The position numbers and the translations under genes were made by a program. Of a stretch of DNA of 54,292 bases, positions 46,370-54,292 are shown piece by piece; positions within the stretch are counted from its first letter, which is position 1, and each line of letters begins with the position of its first letter. The stretch covers positions 1 to 54,292 of the forward strand of contig JANOHV010000074.1 in assembly GCA_031406795.1 (NCBI GenBank). Reading direction: 5' to 3'. The notes under the pieces are model-generated. The model ran no database searches, was not told where the DNA came from, and saw only the letters and a list, made by a program, of their open reading frames with translations. Source of the stretch: Candidatus Rokuibacteriota bacterium. GTDB taxonomy: Bacteria > JAUVQV01 > DATDCY01.

Positions 46370-47581
46370 ATGAAGAAAGCGATGTTCACGACCTTGGCGG
46401 CGATCGGCTGGCTGGCGATCGCGGCAGCGCCGGCGACGGCCGCCGACAGCGCCTGCATCAGCTGTCACGAGAAAACGACGCCGGGCATTGTCGCCGACTG
46501 GAAGAAGAGCGCGATGGCCGACCAGTTCGACTGCACGAAGTGCCACGGCGACAAGCACCTGAGCGCCACCGATGCGGCGAAGGCGACGATGCCGACGCCC
46601 GAGACCTGCAAAGACTGCCACAAAAAGCAATATGACCAGTACATGGGCGGCAAGCACTCGAAGGCCTGGGTCGCGATGGCCGCGATGCCGACGAACGCCC
46701 TGCAGCCCCACGCGTACATTTCGGGGCTCAAGGGGTGCGGCGGCTGCCACCGCGTCGGCATCAAGCCGGAGGAGGAGAAGAAGTACAACCGCTACGGGAT
46801 GGGGTGCAACTCCTGCCACACCCGCCACGCCTTCTCCAAGGCCGAAGCGCAGAAGCCCCAGGCCTGCCAGACCTGCCACATGGGCTTCGACCACCCCCAG
46901 TGGGAGATGTGGTCCTCCTCCAAGCATGGCTCGATCGCCCTCTCGGGCGGTGATGCCGGTCGTGCGCCCGTCTGCCAGACCTGCCACATGCCCGGCGGCG
47001 ACCACGGCGTGCGGACCGCCTGGGGCTTCCTCGCGGTGCGTCTGCCCGAAGACGACGCGGAGTGGATGGGCTACCGCGCGACGATCCTCAAGGCTCTCCA
47101 GGTGCTGGATCCCGACGGCAAGCCGACCGCGCGCCTCGAGGTCGTGAAGGCCGGCGATGTGGCGCGTCTGACCAAGGAGTCGTTCGACGCCGAGCGCAAC
47201 AAGATGATCGGTGTCTGCACCCAGTGCCACGGCGCGCCTTTCGTGAAGAAGAACCTGGGCGAGGCCGACCAGATGATCAAGGAGGCCGACAAGCTCATGG
47301 CCGAGGCGATCGAGATTGTCGCCGGTCTCTACAAGGACGGGATCATCAAGCCGCAGGCGGGACAGACGGCCTACCCGGATCTGCTGACCTTCTACGACAC
47401 GCAGACGCCCGTGGAGCAGACGCTCTACGTGATGTTCCTCGAGCACCGGATGCGGGCCTTCCAGGGGGCGTTCCACATGAACCCGGACTACGTGACCTGG
47501 TACGGCTACGCCGAGATGAAGAAGGACCTCGTGGAGATCAAGCACGGGGCGGAGAGCATGCGTCGCGAGGCGAAGAAGTAA
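46370..47581 (+). CDS. Octaheme c-type cytochrome, hydroxylamine oxidoreductase (HAO)-like
   Basis: Signal peptide; 8 CxxCH motifs; HAO-type CHTRHAFS, CHMGFDHPQ, SKHG, GAFHMNP. Confidence 0.88.
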   Translation: MKKAMFTTLAAIGWLAIAAAPATAADSACISCHEKTTPGIVADWKKSAMADQFDCTKCHGDKHLSATDAAKATMPTPETCKDCHKKQYDQYMGGKHSKAWVAMAAMPTNALQPHAYISGLKGCGGCHRVGIKPEEEKKYNRYGMGCNSCHTRHAFSKAEAQKPQACQTCHMGFDHPQWEMWSSSKHGSIALSGGDAGRAPVCQTCHMPGGDHGVRTAWGFLAVRLPEDDAEWMGYRATILKALQVLDPDGKPTARLEVVKAGDVARLTKESFDAERNKMIGVCTQCHGAPFVKKNLGEADQMIKEADKLMAEAIEIVAGLYKDGIIKPQAGQTAYPDLLTFYDTQTPVEQTLYVMFLEHRMRAFQGAFHMNPDYVTWYGYAEMKKDLVEIKHGAESMRREAKK

Positions 47582-47596
47582 CCCCTCCTGAACGGG

Positions 47597-47630
47597 AAAG
47601 GGCATCCGGGGTGACCCGGATGCCCTTTTT
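47597..47630. terminator. Intrinsic terminator (probably bidirectional)
   Basis: aaagggcatccggg-gtga-cccggatgcccttt followed by T-run, between convergent genes. Confidence 0.9.
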
Positions 47631-47648
47631 ATTTCGTGCCGGAGCAGT

Positions 47649-47936
47649 CTACTTCTTGGCCGCCTGGCTGCGTTTGGACGCCTTGAGCGGGTTGAGCTTC
47701 TTCTCGTCCTTCTTGACGTCGGACTTCAGGTGGGTCGCGAAGTTGCAGCGGCCGAGCGTCCACTTCGACGCCGGGTTCGCGAAGACGGCGCAGAAGGCAC
47801 CCGCCGGGAATTCCCGCACGTTGCCGCAGCCTTCGCACTTCTCCACCACCGTGATGCAGCGGCCGCCGCTGTAGGAACAGCCGGTCTTGACCATAAACGT
47901 GCATTCGGTGCCATCCTTGATCGTTGCGCAGAGCAT
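47649..47936 (-). CDS. PxxKW family small cysteine-rich protein
   Basis: 95 aa, Cys-rich, CEGC, NPASKW, CNFATH, LNPLKASKR tail; GGAGG RBS. Confidence 0.88.
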   Translation of the reverse strand: MLCATIKDGTECTFMVKTGCSYSGGRCITVVEKCEGCGNVREFPAGAFCAVFANPASKWTLGRCNFATHLKSDVKKDEKKLNPLKASKRSQAAKK

Positions 47937-47969
47937 AGTCGGTTCACCTCCCTTGCTTGGTAACCGCAA

Positions 47970-48049
47970 ATAATAGGCGTCACCCCCGGTCGTTGTCAAG
48001 AACCGGTCTTGACGCCTGCTTGACAACCGGGCGGGGCGGGCGCTAATAA
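47970..48049. promoter_or_regulatory. Back-to-back divergent sigma70-type promoters
   Basis: Minus strand TTGACA(47999-47994)-18-TATTAT; plus strand TTGACA(48020-48025)-18-TAATAA. Confidence 0.6.
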
Positions 48050-48118
48050 AGACGGGAGCACCCGTCACGGTTCATTCTCGAGGAAAGCGGTCGCGTTTCG
48101 CAAGGGGGTTGTCCGTTC

Positions 48119-49684
48119 GTGTCGAAGCCAACGCCGTTGCCCAAAGATCTTGCAGCCGAGGTCGAGCGCCTGCGCGCGGAGGTGGGCAAATTGCGCGGGT
48201 GGGTCCGGGAGTACCGCCACTTCGCGCAGCACACCTCGGACGTGATCTTCGTGCTCGATCTCGAAGCCCGGCGCGTGGTGTACGTCAATGACCGCTGCGA
48301 GGACCTGCTGGGCTACCGCGGCGCGGAGTTGATGGCTCCGGGATTCGACTTTGCCGGGCTGATCGCCCCGGACTCGGGGGAGAAAGTCCGCCGCAGCTAC
48401 CGGATGCACCTGCGGGGGGAGGAGCACCTGCCTTTCGAATTCGCCATGGTCGCCCGGGGCGGGCGTCGCGTCGAAGTGATGCTCAACTCCTGGAACACGA
48501 CCATCGGCGGTCACCGCGCGGTCGGCGGGATCATCGCGGACATCACCGCGCAGCACCGGCTGTCCGGGGAGCTGCGACAGGCCGCCGAACGCGCCGAGAG
48601 CGAGCGCGCCCGCGCGGAGTCGGTGATCGCGGCCATCGGCGAGAGCATCGTCGTTCAGGATCTGGCGTATCGGGTCACCTACCAGAACGAGGTCAACCGG
48701 CGTCTCTTCGGGGACCGCCTCGGCGAGCTCTGCCACGAGGTCTATGCCGGGCTCGATCACCTCTGCCCCGGCTGTCCGGTGGAGCAGACGTTCCTCGACG
48801 GGAACGTGCACCGGCACGTCACGACGACTGTCCGCGGCGGGCGCACGTCCCACATGGAACTGGTCTCTTCGCCGCTGCGCGACGCCGCCGGCAGGATCGT
48901 CGCGGGGCTCAAGCTCGTGAGGGACATCACGGGGCTGGTCGAATCCGCCGCGGCCCTGAGCAAGGCCAAGGAAGAGCTCGAGTGCCAGAACCAGGAGTTG
49001 CGAACGCTCGACCGCATGAAGGATGGGCTCGTCAGGGACGTTTCGCACGAACTCAAGACTCCCGTGGCCAAACAGGCGATGCAGCTGGAGATCCTGCGGC
49101 TGCAGCTCGGCGAGGCCTGTCGTGGTCCGGTGGCCAAGACACTGGGGGTCATGGAGGAAGCGGTGCACCGCCAGCAGCGGGTGATCCGCAACCTGCTCGA
49201 CATGGCGCGACTGGAGTCGGGACGGCGCACCTTCCGCCTCGGGCCGGTCCGGGTGGATGAAGTGCTCGCGCGCGTGCTCGAGGATTACCGCCCGATGCTC
49301 GAGGCCGCAGCGTTCGCCGTGACGGTGCGCGCCGAGCCGCTCGCCGTGACCGCGGACGAGGAGATGCTCTGGCACGTCGTCTCCAACCTCGTCAACAACG
49401 CGGTGAAGTTCGCGGCCCGCGCCGCAAAGCGCCGTCTCGAGGCGGCGGTGTCGCGCGAAGGCGGCCTGGCCGTGCTGCGAATCGCGGACAACGGCATCGG
49501 GCTCGCGCCGAACGAGCTCTCCCGGGCATTCGATCGTTTCTACCAGGCGTCGGCGTCGATCGAGGGCAGCGGGGTGGGGTTGAGCATCTGCCGCTCGATC
49601 ATGGAGGGGATGGGCGGGTCGGTTTCGCTCGAGTCGCCGGGGCAGGACCAGGGAGCACTCGCCACGGTCACGCTGCCGCTCTGA
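48119..49684 (+). CDS. PAS-PAS histidine kinase
   Basis: Two PAS domains, SHELKTP, NAVKF, DNGIG, GSGVGL. Confidence 0.9.
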   Translation: MSKPTPLPKDLAAEVERLRAEVGKLRGWVREYRHFAQHTSDVIFVLDLEARRVVYVNDRCEDLLGYRGAELMAPGFDFAGLIAPDSGEKVRRSYRMHLRGEEHLPFEFAMVARGGRRVEVMLNSWNTTIGGHRAVGGIIADITAQHRLSGELRQAAERAESERARAESVIAAIGESIVVQDLAYRVTYQNEVNRRLFGDRLGELCHEVYAGLDHLCPGCPVEQTFLDGNVHRHVTTTVRGGRTSHMELVSSPLRDAAGRIVAGLKLVRDITGLVESAAALSKAKEELECQNQELRTLDRMKDGLVRDVSHELKTPVAKQAMQLEILRLQLGEACRGPVAKTLGVMEEAVHRQQRVIRNLLDMARLESGRRTFRLGPVRVDEVLARVLEDYRPMLEAAAFAVTVRAEPLAVTADEEMLWHVVSNLVNNAVKFAARAAKRRLEAAVSREGGLAVLRIADNGIGLAPNELSRAFDRFYQASASIEGSGVGLSICRSIMEGMGGSVSLESPGQDQGALATVTLPL

Positions 49685-49696
49685 CCGGGCAGCCTG

Positions 49697-50380
49697 CTAG
49701 CAGTCGCGGCCGGATTCCGCCTTGAAGAAGGCCGGATGCAGCGTGATCCGCTTGTTGTGGATCGCGATCAGTCCCTCTTTCTCCATTGTCGCGAGCGCGC
49801 GCGTCACGGTTTCGCGCGAGGAGCCGACCATTTCCGCGAGCTCCTGGTGTGTCGGCGCCCGCTCGATGGTCCCCGTGCCGTCCTTGATCGGGTTGTGCCG
49901 CCCGAGATGGCCGATCAGGCAGACGAGCCGGTCGGCCACCGAGCCGAGCGCCAGGTTCTCGATCGTCTGGTCCGCGGCGCGCAGGCGCTTGGAGAGTTCG
50001 CGCAGCAGTTTGGTCATGATGCGCGCCTGGGTCAGCACATAGCGCTGGAAGTGCTCGCGGTCGAGGACGAGCAGCTCGGTGCTCTCCGTCGCGGTCGCGG
50101 TCGCCGAGCGCGGCTGGCCGTCGAGAAGCGACATCTCCCCGAAGAAGTTGCCCTCGTGGAGGACCGCGACGGTCACGTCGCGACCGTCGCGGCCGGTGCG
50201 GGAGATCTTCACCGAGCCGACGAGGATCAGGTACAGACCACCCTCGCTGTCGCTCTGGTGAAAGATCACGGTGCCCTTCGCGACCGTTTTCTCGCGCATC
50301 AGGTCGAGGATGGTGTCGCTCTCGCGGTCCGTCAGGTCGGCGAACAGGTGAATCCGGCGCAGCAGTTCACGATGTCCCAT
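49697..50380 (-). CDS. Crp-type cNMP-binding transcriptional regulator
   Basis: FFGEMSLL...RSATA cNMP cassette; HTH GSSRETVTR. Confidence 0.92.
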   Translation of the reverse strand: MGHRELLRRIHLFADLTDRESDTILDLMREKTVAKGTVIFHQSDSEGGLYLILVGSVKISRTGRDGRDVTVAVLHEGNFFGEMSLLDGQPRSATATATESTELLVLDREHFQRYVLTQARIMTKLLRELSKRLRAADQTIENLALGSVADRLVCLIGHLGRHNPIKDGTGTIERAPTHQELAEMVGSSRETVTRALATMEKEGLIAIHNKRITLHPAFFKAESGRDC

Positions 50381-50721
50381 GAGCGCATGATACCCCGGCC
50401 ACGGGTACATGAAAAGGGGTCTGTCGCGGCCCAAATCTGCGCGTAACGCGCGGATCAGGAGCGTCAGGCTTGTCACCTGGTCCGGATTTATCCGAGTCGT
50501 TGTTCATTTCTGATCGCAATGCCTGCTTCAAGCGATGCTCGACCTCTGCCACGCCGTGCTTCATGCACGAAATCCGGCTTTTTCAGTGGTTGAAATGCCT
50601 CCTCTGCTGCTGGATCCGCGCGTACGCGCGGATCGAGGCGCGGGTTGACCGGGCCGCGCCCGGTGGACTACCATTGGCGCCGGGTGGACCGCGCCGCGCG
50701 ACCATGCGCCAAGGAGATTGC

Positions 50722-52035
50722 ATGCAGATGACAAAGCTCGATCCCCGGCTCCCGCTTGTCCAGAACGCCGATCTCGACGGCAAGGTGGTGCTCGTGCGCT
50801 TCGACCACAACGTGGTCAAGAAGGGCGTCGTGAAGGACCCCTACCGCATCGACCGGACGATCGGCACGCTCTACAGCATCGTCGAGCGCGGGGGGCGGCC
50901 GATCCTGATGACCCACATCGGCCGCCCGCGCGACAAGAAGACCGGCGCCATCCGCTGCGAGGCGGCGGACGCCGTTGAATCCATCGTCGCCTACCTCGAG
51001 CAGAAGCTGCACGCGCGCTTCTTCGTCCCGCAGCTGCCTCCCGACGGCGATCGCGGCATCCTCGGCATCGACACGTCGATCAACCTCGCCGTGCGCGAGC
51101 TGCGCGCGCGGCGCTACGGCGGCATCTACCTGCCGAACATCCGCTGGTTCGCCGGCGAGGAAGCCGACGGCCCCGCGCGCGCCGCCTTCGCGCGCCAGCT
51201 GGCCGGTCTGGCCGACGTCTTCGTCAACGACGCGTTCGGCTCCTGGCAGCCCCACTGCTCGACGGTGGACGTCACGCGCCACCTGCCGTCGTTCGCCGGG
51301 TACCTGATGCAGGAGGAGATCGCGAACCTCGGCCGCGTGCTCGAGCCGGAGCGCCCGTTTGTCGCCGTGGTCGCCGGCGCCAAGTACGACACCAAGATCG
51401 GCCCGCTCCACGAGATCTACAAGAAGGTCGACCACCTGATCCTCGGCGGCGTGATGTATAACGCCTACCTCGGCGCGAAGTACGGTATCGTCATCGACGG
51501 CGTGGCCCCCGCCGACGTCGAGGCCGCCCGGCAGCTCGTCGAGATGGACAAGAAGGAGCACAAGGTCGTCGAGCTGCCGTTCGTCGTGGAGTCCGACCTC
51601 CCCGACCGGCGCGACGCCGGGTGCTTCCGCACGCGGGCCCTGGCGGACTTCAAGCCGGGCGAGCGCGTGCGCTACCTGCTGGACGTCGACCCGCTCTCCT
51701 TCCGCGACATGAAGGTGGCCGCGGCGCTCGGGCAGGCGAAGACGATCTTCGTCAACGCGGTCATGGGCTTCACGCCGCATTTCTCCGAAGGCTCTGCCGC
51801 GCTGGACGAGACGATCGACCAGAACCGCGCCGCGATGAAGCTCTACGGCGGCGGCGACACGCTGCAGGAGTTCAAGAACCTCTGCCCCGGGCTCTACCTC
51901 TCGGTCATGGACAACGCCCGCTACTACTTCTTCACCGGCGGCGGCACGGTCCTCACCGCGATCGAGAAGGGCAGCGCCTACGGGCTGGCGCCGGTGCAGG
52001 CGCTCATCGCCAACGCCGGCAAGGCGCCGGGGTAG
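50722..52035 (+). CDS. pgk: Phosphoglycerate kinase (divergent)
   Basis: VRFDHNV, THIGRP, FVNDAFG, VAGAK, GGGDT, TGGG; AAGGAG RBS. Confidence 0.88.
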   Translation: MQMTKLDPRLPLVQNADLDGKVVLVRFDHNVVKKGVVKDPYRIDRTIGTLYSIVERGGRPILMTHIGRPRDKKTGAIRCEAADAVESIVAYLEQKLHARFFVPQLPPDGDRGILGIDTSINLAVRELRARRYGGIYLPNIRWFAGEEADGPARAAFARQLAGLADVFVNDAFGSWQPHCSTVDVTRHLPSFAGYLMQEEIANLGRVLEPERPFVAVVAGAKYDTKIGPLHEIYKKVDHLILGGVMYNAYLGAKYGIVIDGVAPADVEAARQLVEMDKKEHKVVELPFVVESDLPDRRDAGCFRTRALADFKPGERVRYLLDVDPLSFRDMKVAAALGQAKTIFVNAVMGFTPHFSEGSAALDETIDQNRAAMKLYGGGDTLQEFKNLCPGLYLSVMDNARYYFFTGGGTVLTAIEKGSAYGLAPVQALIANAGKAPG

Positions 52036-52047
52036 GGGACGCTGGGA

Positions 52048-52461
52048 ATGGCGGATCTCGTCCGGTTCGGCATTTCGATCCCGGGGCCGCTACTCGAGAG
52101 CTTCGACGCGCTGATCGACGGGGCGGGGTACGCCAACCGCTCCGAGGCGATCCGCGACCTGATCCGCAGCCGGCTCGTCGACGCGGCGTGGGAGGGCGGC
52201 ACGGGCGAGATGATCGGGACGCTGACCCTGGTCTACGACCACCACGTGCACGAGCTGGGGGATGCGCTGACCGGCATCCAGCACCAGCACCACGCGGCGA
52301 TCCTCTCGACGCTGCACATCCACCTCGACGCGCACCTGTGCCTCGAGGTGCTCGTGCTGCGCGGGCTGGTCCCGGTGATCAAGCACATTTCGGAGGCCCT
52401 GATCGGCATGCGCGGGGTCAAGCACGGGAAACTCACGGTGACGAGCGCGGGGCACCTCTAG
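52048..52461 (+). CDS. nikR: Nickel-responsive regulator NikR
   Basis: RFGISI ribbon, [21 protein letters not shown]...CLE. Confidence 0.95.
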   Translation: MADLVRFGISIPGPLLESFDALIDGAGYANRSEAIRDLIRSRLVDAAWEGGTGEMIGTLTLVYDHHVHELGDALTGIQHQHHAAILSTLHIHLDAHLCLEVLVLRGLVPVIKHISEALIGMRGVKHGKLTVTSAGHL

Positions 52462-52534
52462 CCGGCAGAGTGCTGAAAATGGCCCGCGTGCGGCGTTCCG
52501 CTTCGCCCTTCGTCACTGCTCAGAGGACCCGTCC

Positions 52535-53845
52535 ATGACGGCCAACGGTCGCAAGAGTCGGCTGTGGTGGGCGCTGTTTGCCGTCGCTGTCGCGCTGCTT
52601 GCCACCGCGCCGGGGCTGCTGCGTCTGCTCCGGGGCCGCGAGGTCGTCGTCTGGACGCTGGAGCCCACCGAGCTGGTGCAGACGGTCGTCGCGAGCGGCC
52701 GGGTCTCGGGACTCGCCCGGGTGGAGATCGGCAGCCTGCTGGCGGGGACCGTGACCGAAGTGGCCGTCCGCGAAGGCGACCGGGTGGAGCCGAAAGACGT
52801 GCTCGTGCGACTCCGGGACGCGGAGGCGCGGGCGGGCGTCGCCCAGGCCCGTTCGGGTGTCGCCCAGGCCGAGGCCGCGGTCGCGCAGGCGCAGGCCGGC
52901 GCGTCGGCCGCCGCGGTGCGGTTGCTGCAGTTGAGCGAAACGGCGCTGCCTGCGGCCGAGTACGGCGTGAGCATTGCGGCGGCGGAGTTCGCGTCGGCGC
53001 TGCGCAGCTTCGAGCGGGTCGATGCGCTCGTGGCGCAGGGCATGCTGGCCCGCGCCGATCTCGATGAAGCGCGGCGCGCGCTCGACACCGCCCGGGCCCG
53101 TCTGGCGCGCGAGCGCACGATCGCCGATGCGAGCCGCTCCGGCGGCGGCGACGAGCGGACGGCGCAGGCCGCGCGTGCCCAGGCGGATGCCGCCGTGGTT
53201 CAGGCGCGCGCCGCGGTCGCCCAGAGCCAGGCGGCGCTCGCCGCCGCCGAGGCCCGCCTGGCCGAGCTGGTCGTGCGGGCGCCCGCGGCCGGCACCATCA
53301 TCGTCCGCTCGGTCGAGGAGGGCGACACCGTTCAACCGGGGCGCCCGCTGCTCGTGCTCTCGCGCCCCGGACGGGCCGAGATCATCGCCTCCGTCGACGA
53401 GAAGAATCTGGCGCTGCTCGCCGTCGGACAGCAGGCCGTTGTCTCAGCCGACGCCTACCCCGAGCGGACCTTCACCGCGCTACTGGCCACGCTGGTGCCG
53501 GCGGTTGTCGCCGCCAGCGGCACCGTGACGGCGAAATTCGCCGTCACCACCCCCCCCGGCTACCTGCTGCCGGAGATGACGGTTTCGGTGGAGATCGAGG
53601 TAGCGCGAAAGGCCGGCGCGCTGACTCTGCCGCTCGACGCCATCCGTGACCTCGCGACCGCCCCCTGGGTGCTGGCGATTCGGGGCGGTTTCGCCCGCCG
53701 CATCCCGGTGCGCATCGGGGTGCGGGGCGCGACCCGCGTGGAAATCCTCTCGGGCCTCGCCCCGGGCGACCGGGTGATCCCCGCCGCCGCGGGGAGGGTC
53801 GCCGAGGGCGACAAGGTCCGGGCGAAGGCGGCCCCGGGTGAATAA
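52535..53845 (+). CDS. Efflux periplasmic adaptor (MacA/HlyD-like membrane fusion protein)
   Basis: N-terminal TM, VREGDRV, long Ala-rich coiled coil, RAPAAG, SGLAPGDRV. Confidence 0.9.
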   Translation: MTANGRKSRLWWALFAVAVALLATAPGLLRLLRGREVVVWTLEPTELVQTVVASGRVSGLARVEIGSLLAGTVTEVAVREGDRVEPKDVLVRLRDAEARAGVAQARSGVAQAEAAVAQAQAGASAAAVRLLQLSETALPAAEYGVSIAAAEFASALRSFERVDALVAQGMLARADLDEARRALDTARARLARERTIADASRSGGGDERTAQAARAQADAAVVQARAAVAQSQAALAAAEARLAELVVRAPAAGTIIVRSVEEGDTVQPGRPLLVLSRPGRAEIIASVDEKNLALLAVGQQAVVSADAYPERTFTALLATLVPAVVAASGTVTAKFAVTTPPGYLLPEMTVSVEIEVARKAGALTLPLDAIRDLATAPWVLAIRGGFARRIPVRIGVRGATRVEILSGLAPGDRVIPAAAGRVAEGDKVRAKAAPGE

Positions 53846-53875
53846 AGCCTTGTTCAGGAAGCTCGGGAAGCTGCT

Positions 53876-53974
53876 GTACGGGCTGGGCGGAGGGGTGGCG
53901 CAAGCGGGGGCCCCCCGTCGCGCAGCGGAGCGAGCGGACGGGGGTGCGCAGCGACAGGACCCCGCAGCCCGCAC
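53876..53974. repeat. Intergenic nested palindrome
   Basis: gtacgggctg/cagcccgcac (9/10) enclosing cccccgtc/gacggggg. Confidence 0.6.
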
Positions 53975-54001
53975 GGGAATGGGGAACGCCGGAGAATCGC
54001 C

Positions 54002-54292
54002 ATGCCCTTCGAACTGATCGCGGCCTTCCGCTTCCTGCGCGAGGGGCGCTTCCAGACACTGCTCATCCTCTCCGGCGTCGCCGTCGGCGCGGCGGTCATC
54101 GTCTTTCTCGTGGCGCTCATCACCGGACTGCAGGACGACCTCATTGCCCGGACGCTGGGGACCCAGCCGCACATCGTCCTGCGTCCGCCGGACGACGTCG
54201 CGCGCTCGGTGGTCCGCCCGGCGGCGGGCGAGACGGTCGCCGCCCAGGTGGACAGGCGCGCCCAGCGGCTGCGCTCGATCGACGGCTGGCAG
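54002..54292 (+). CDS. ABC transporter permease (MacB/LolE/FtsX-like), runs off the window
   Basis: MPFELIAAFRFLREGRFQTLLILSGVAVG...GTQPHI; GGAG RBS; absent from the ORF track because it has no stop in the window. Confidence 0.85.
   Translation, partial: MPFELIAAFRFLREGRFQTLLILSGVAVGAAVIVFLVALITGLQDDLIARTLGTQPHIVLRPPDDVARSVVRPAAGETVAAQVDRRAQRLRSIDGWQ

Noticed and set aside
47992-48028. Inverted repeat gttgtcaag/cttgacaac as a mobile-element end
   Set aside because: Explained by two divergent TTGACA -35 boxes
1-54292. tRNA, rRNA, CRISPR-cas, prophage, integrase or defence genes
   Set aside because: No recognisable signatures by eye

Overview
GC-rich bacterial chromosomal window with an anaerobe/Desulfobacterota-like gene repertoire (PxxKW protein, octaheme cytochrome, HcpR-like regulator); taxonomy is inferred only. 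Left end: housekeeping genes (UPF0182, DEAD-box helicase, pgm, thioesterase, menA, menG/ubiE, RNase D). About 9.7-44.2 kb: a dense signal-transduction region with 10 intact histidine kinases (an 11th lies at 48 kb), stand-alone receivers, two HD-GYP proteins, a degenerate GGDEF protein, an orphan CheR, only one DNA-binding response regulator, and two decayed kinase genes. Right end: Crp/Fnr regulator, TTGAC-N4-GTCAA box, His-rich ferredoxin and octaheme HAO-like cytochrome, then pgk, nikR and a MacA/B-like efflux operon that runs off the window. Features the ORF track misses: (1) a two-thioredoxin-domain selenoprotein candidate with an in-frame TGA in a UPYC motif; (2) a dispersed family of structured palindromic elements whose central hairpin covaries (3 copies); (3) a 184-bp MITE with perfect 14-bp TIRs and a TTAG target duplication, carrying a GTAG-type REP doublet; (4) an out-of-frame kinase-core remnant behind a V4R/GAF sensor. 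No rRNA, tRNA or CRISPR array was seen. All calls come from reading motifs by eye; no searches were run.
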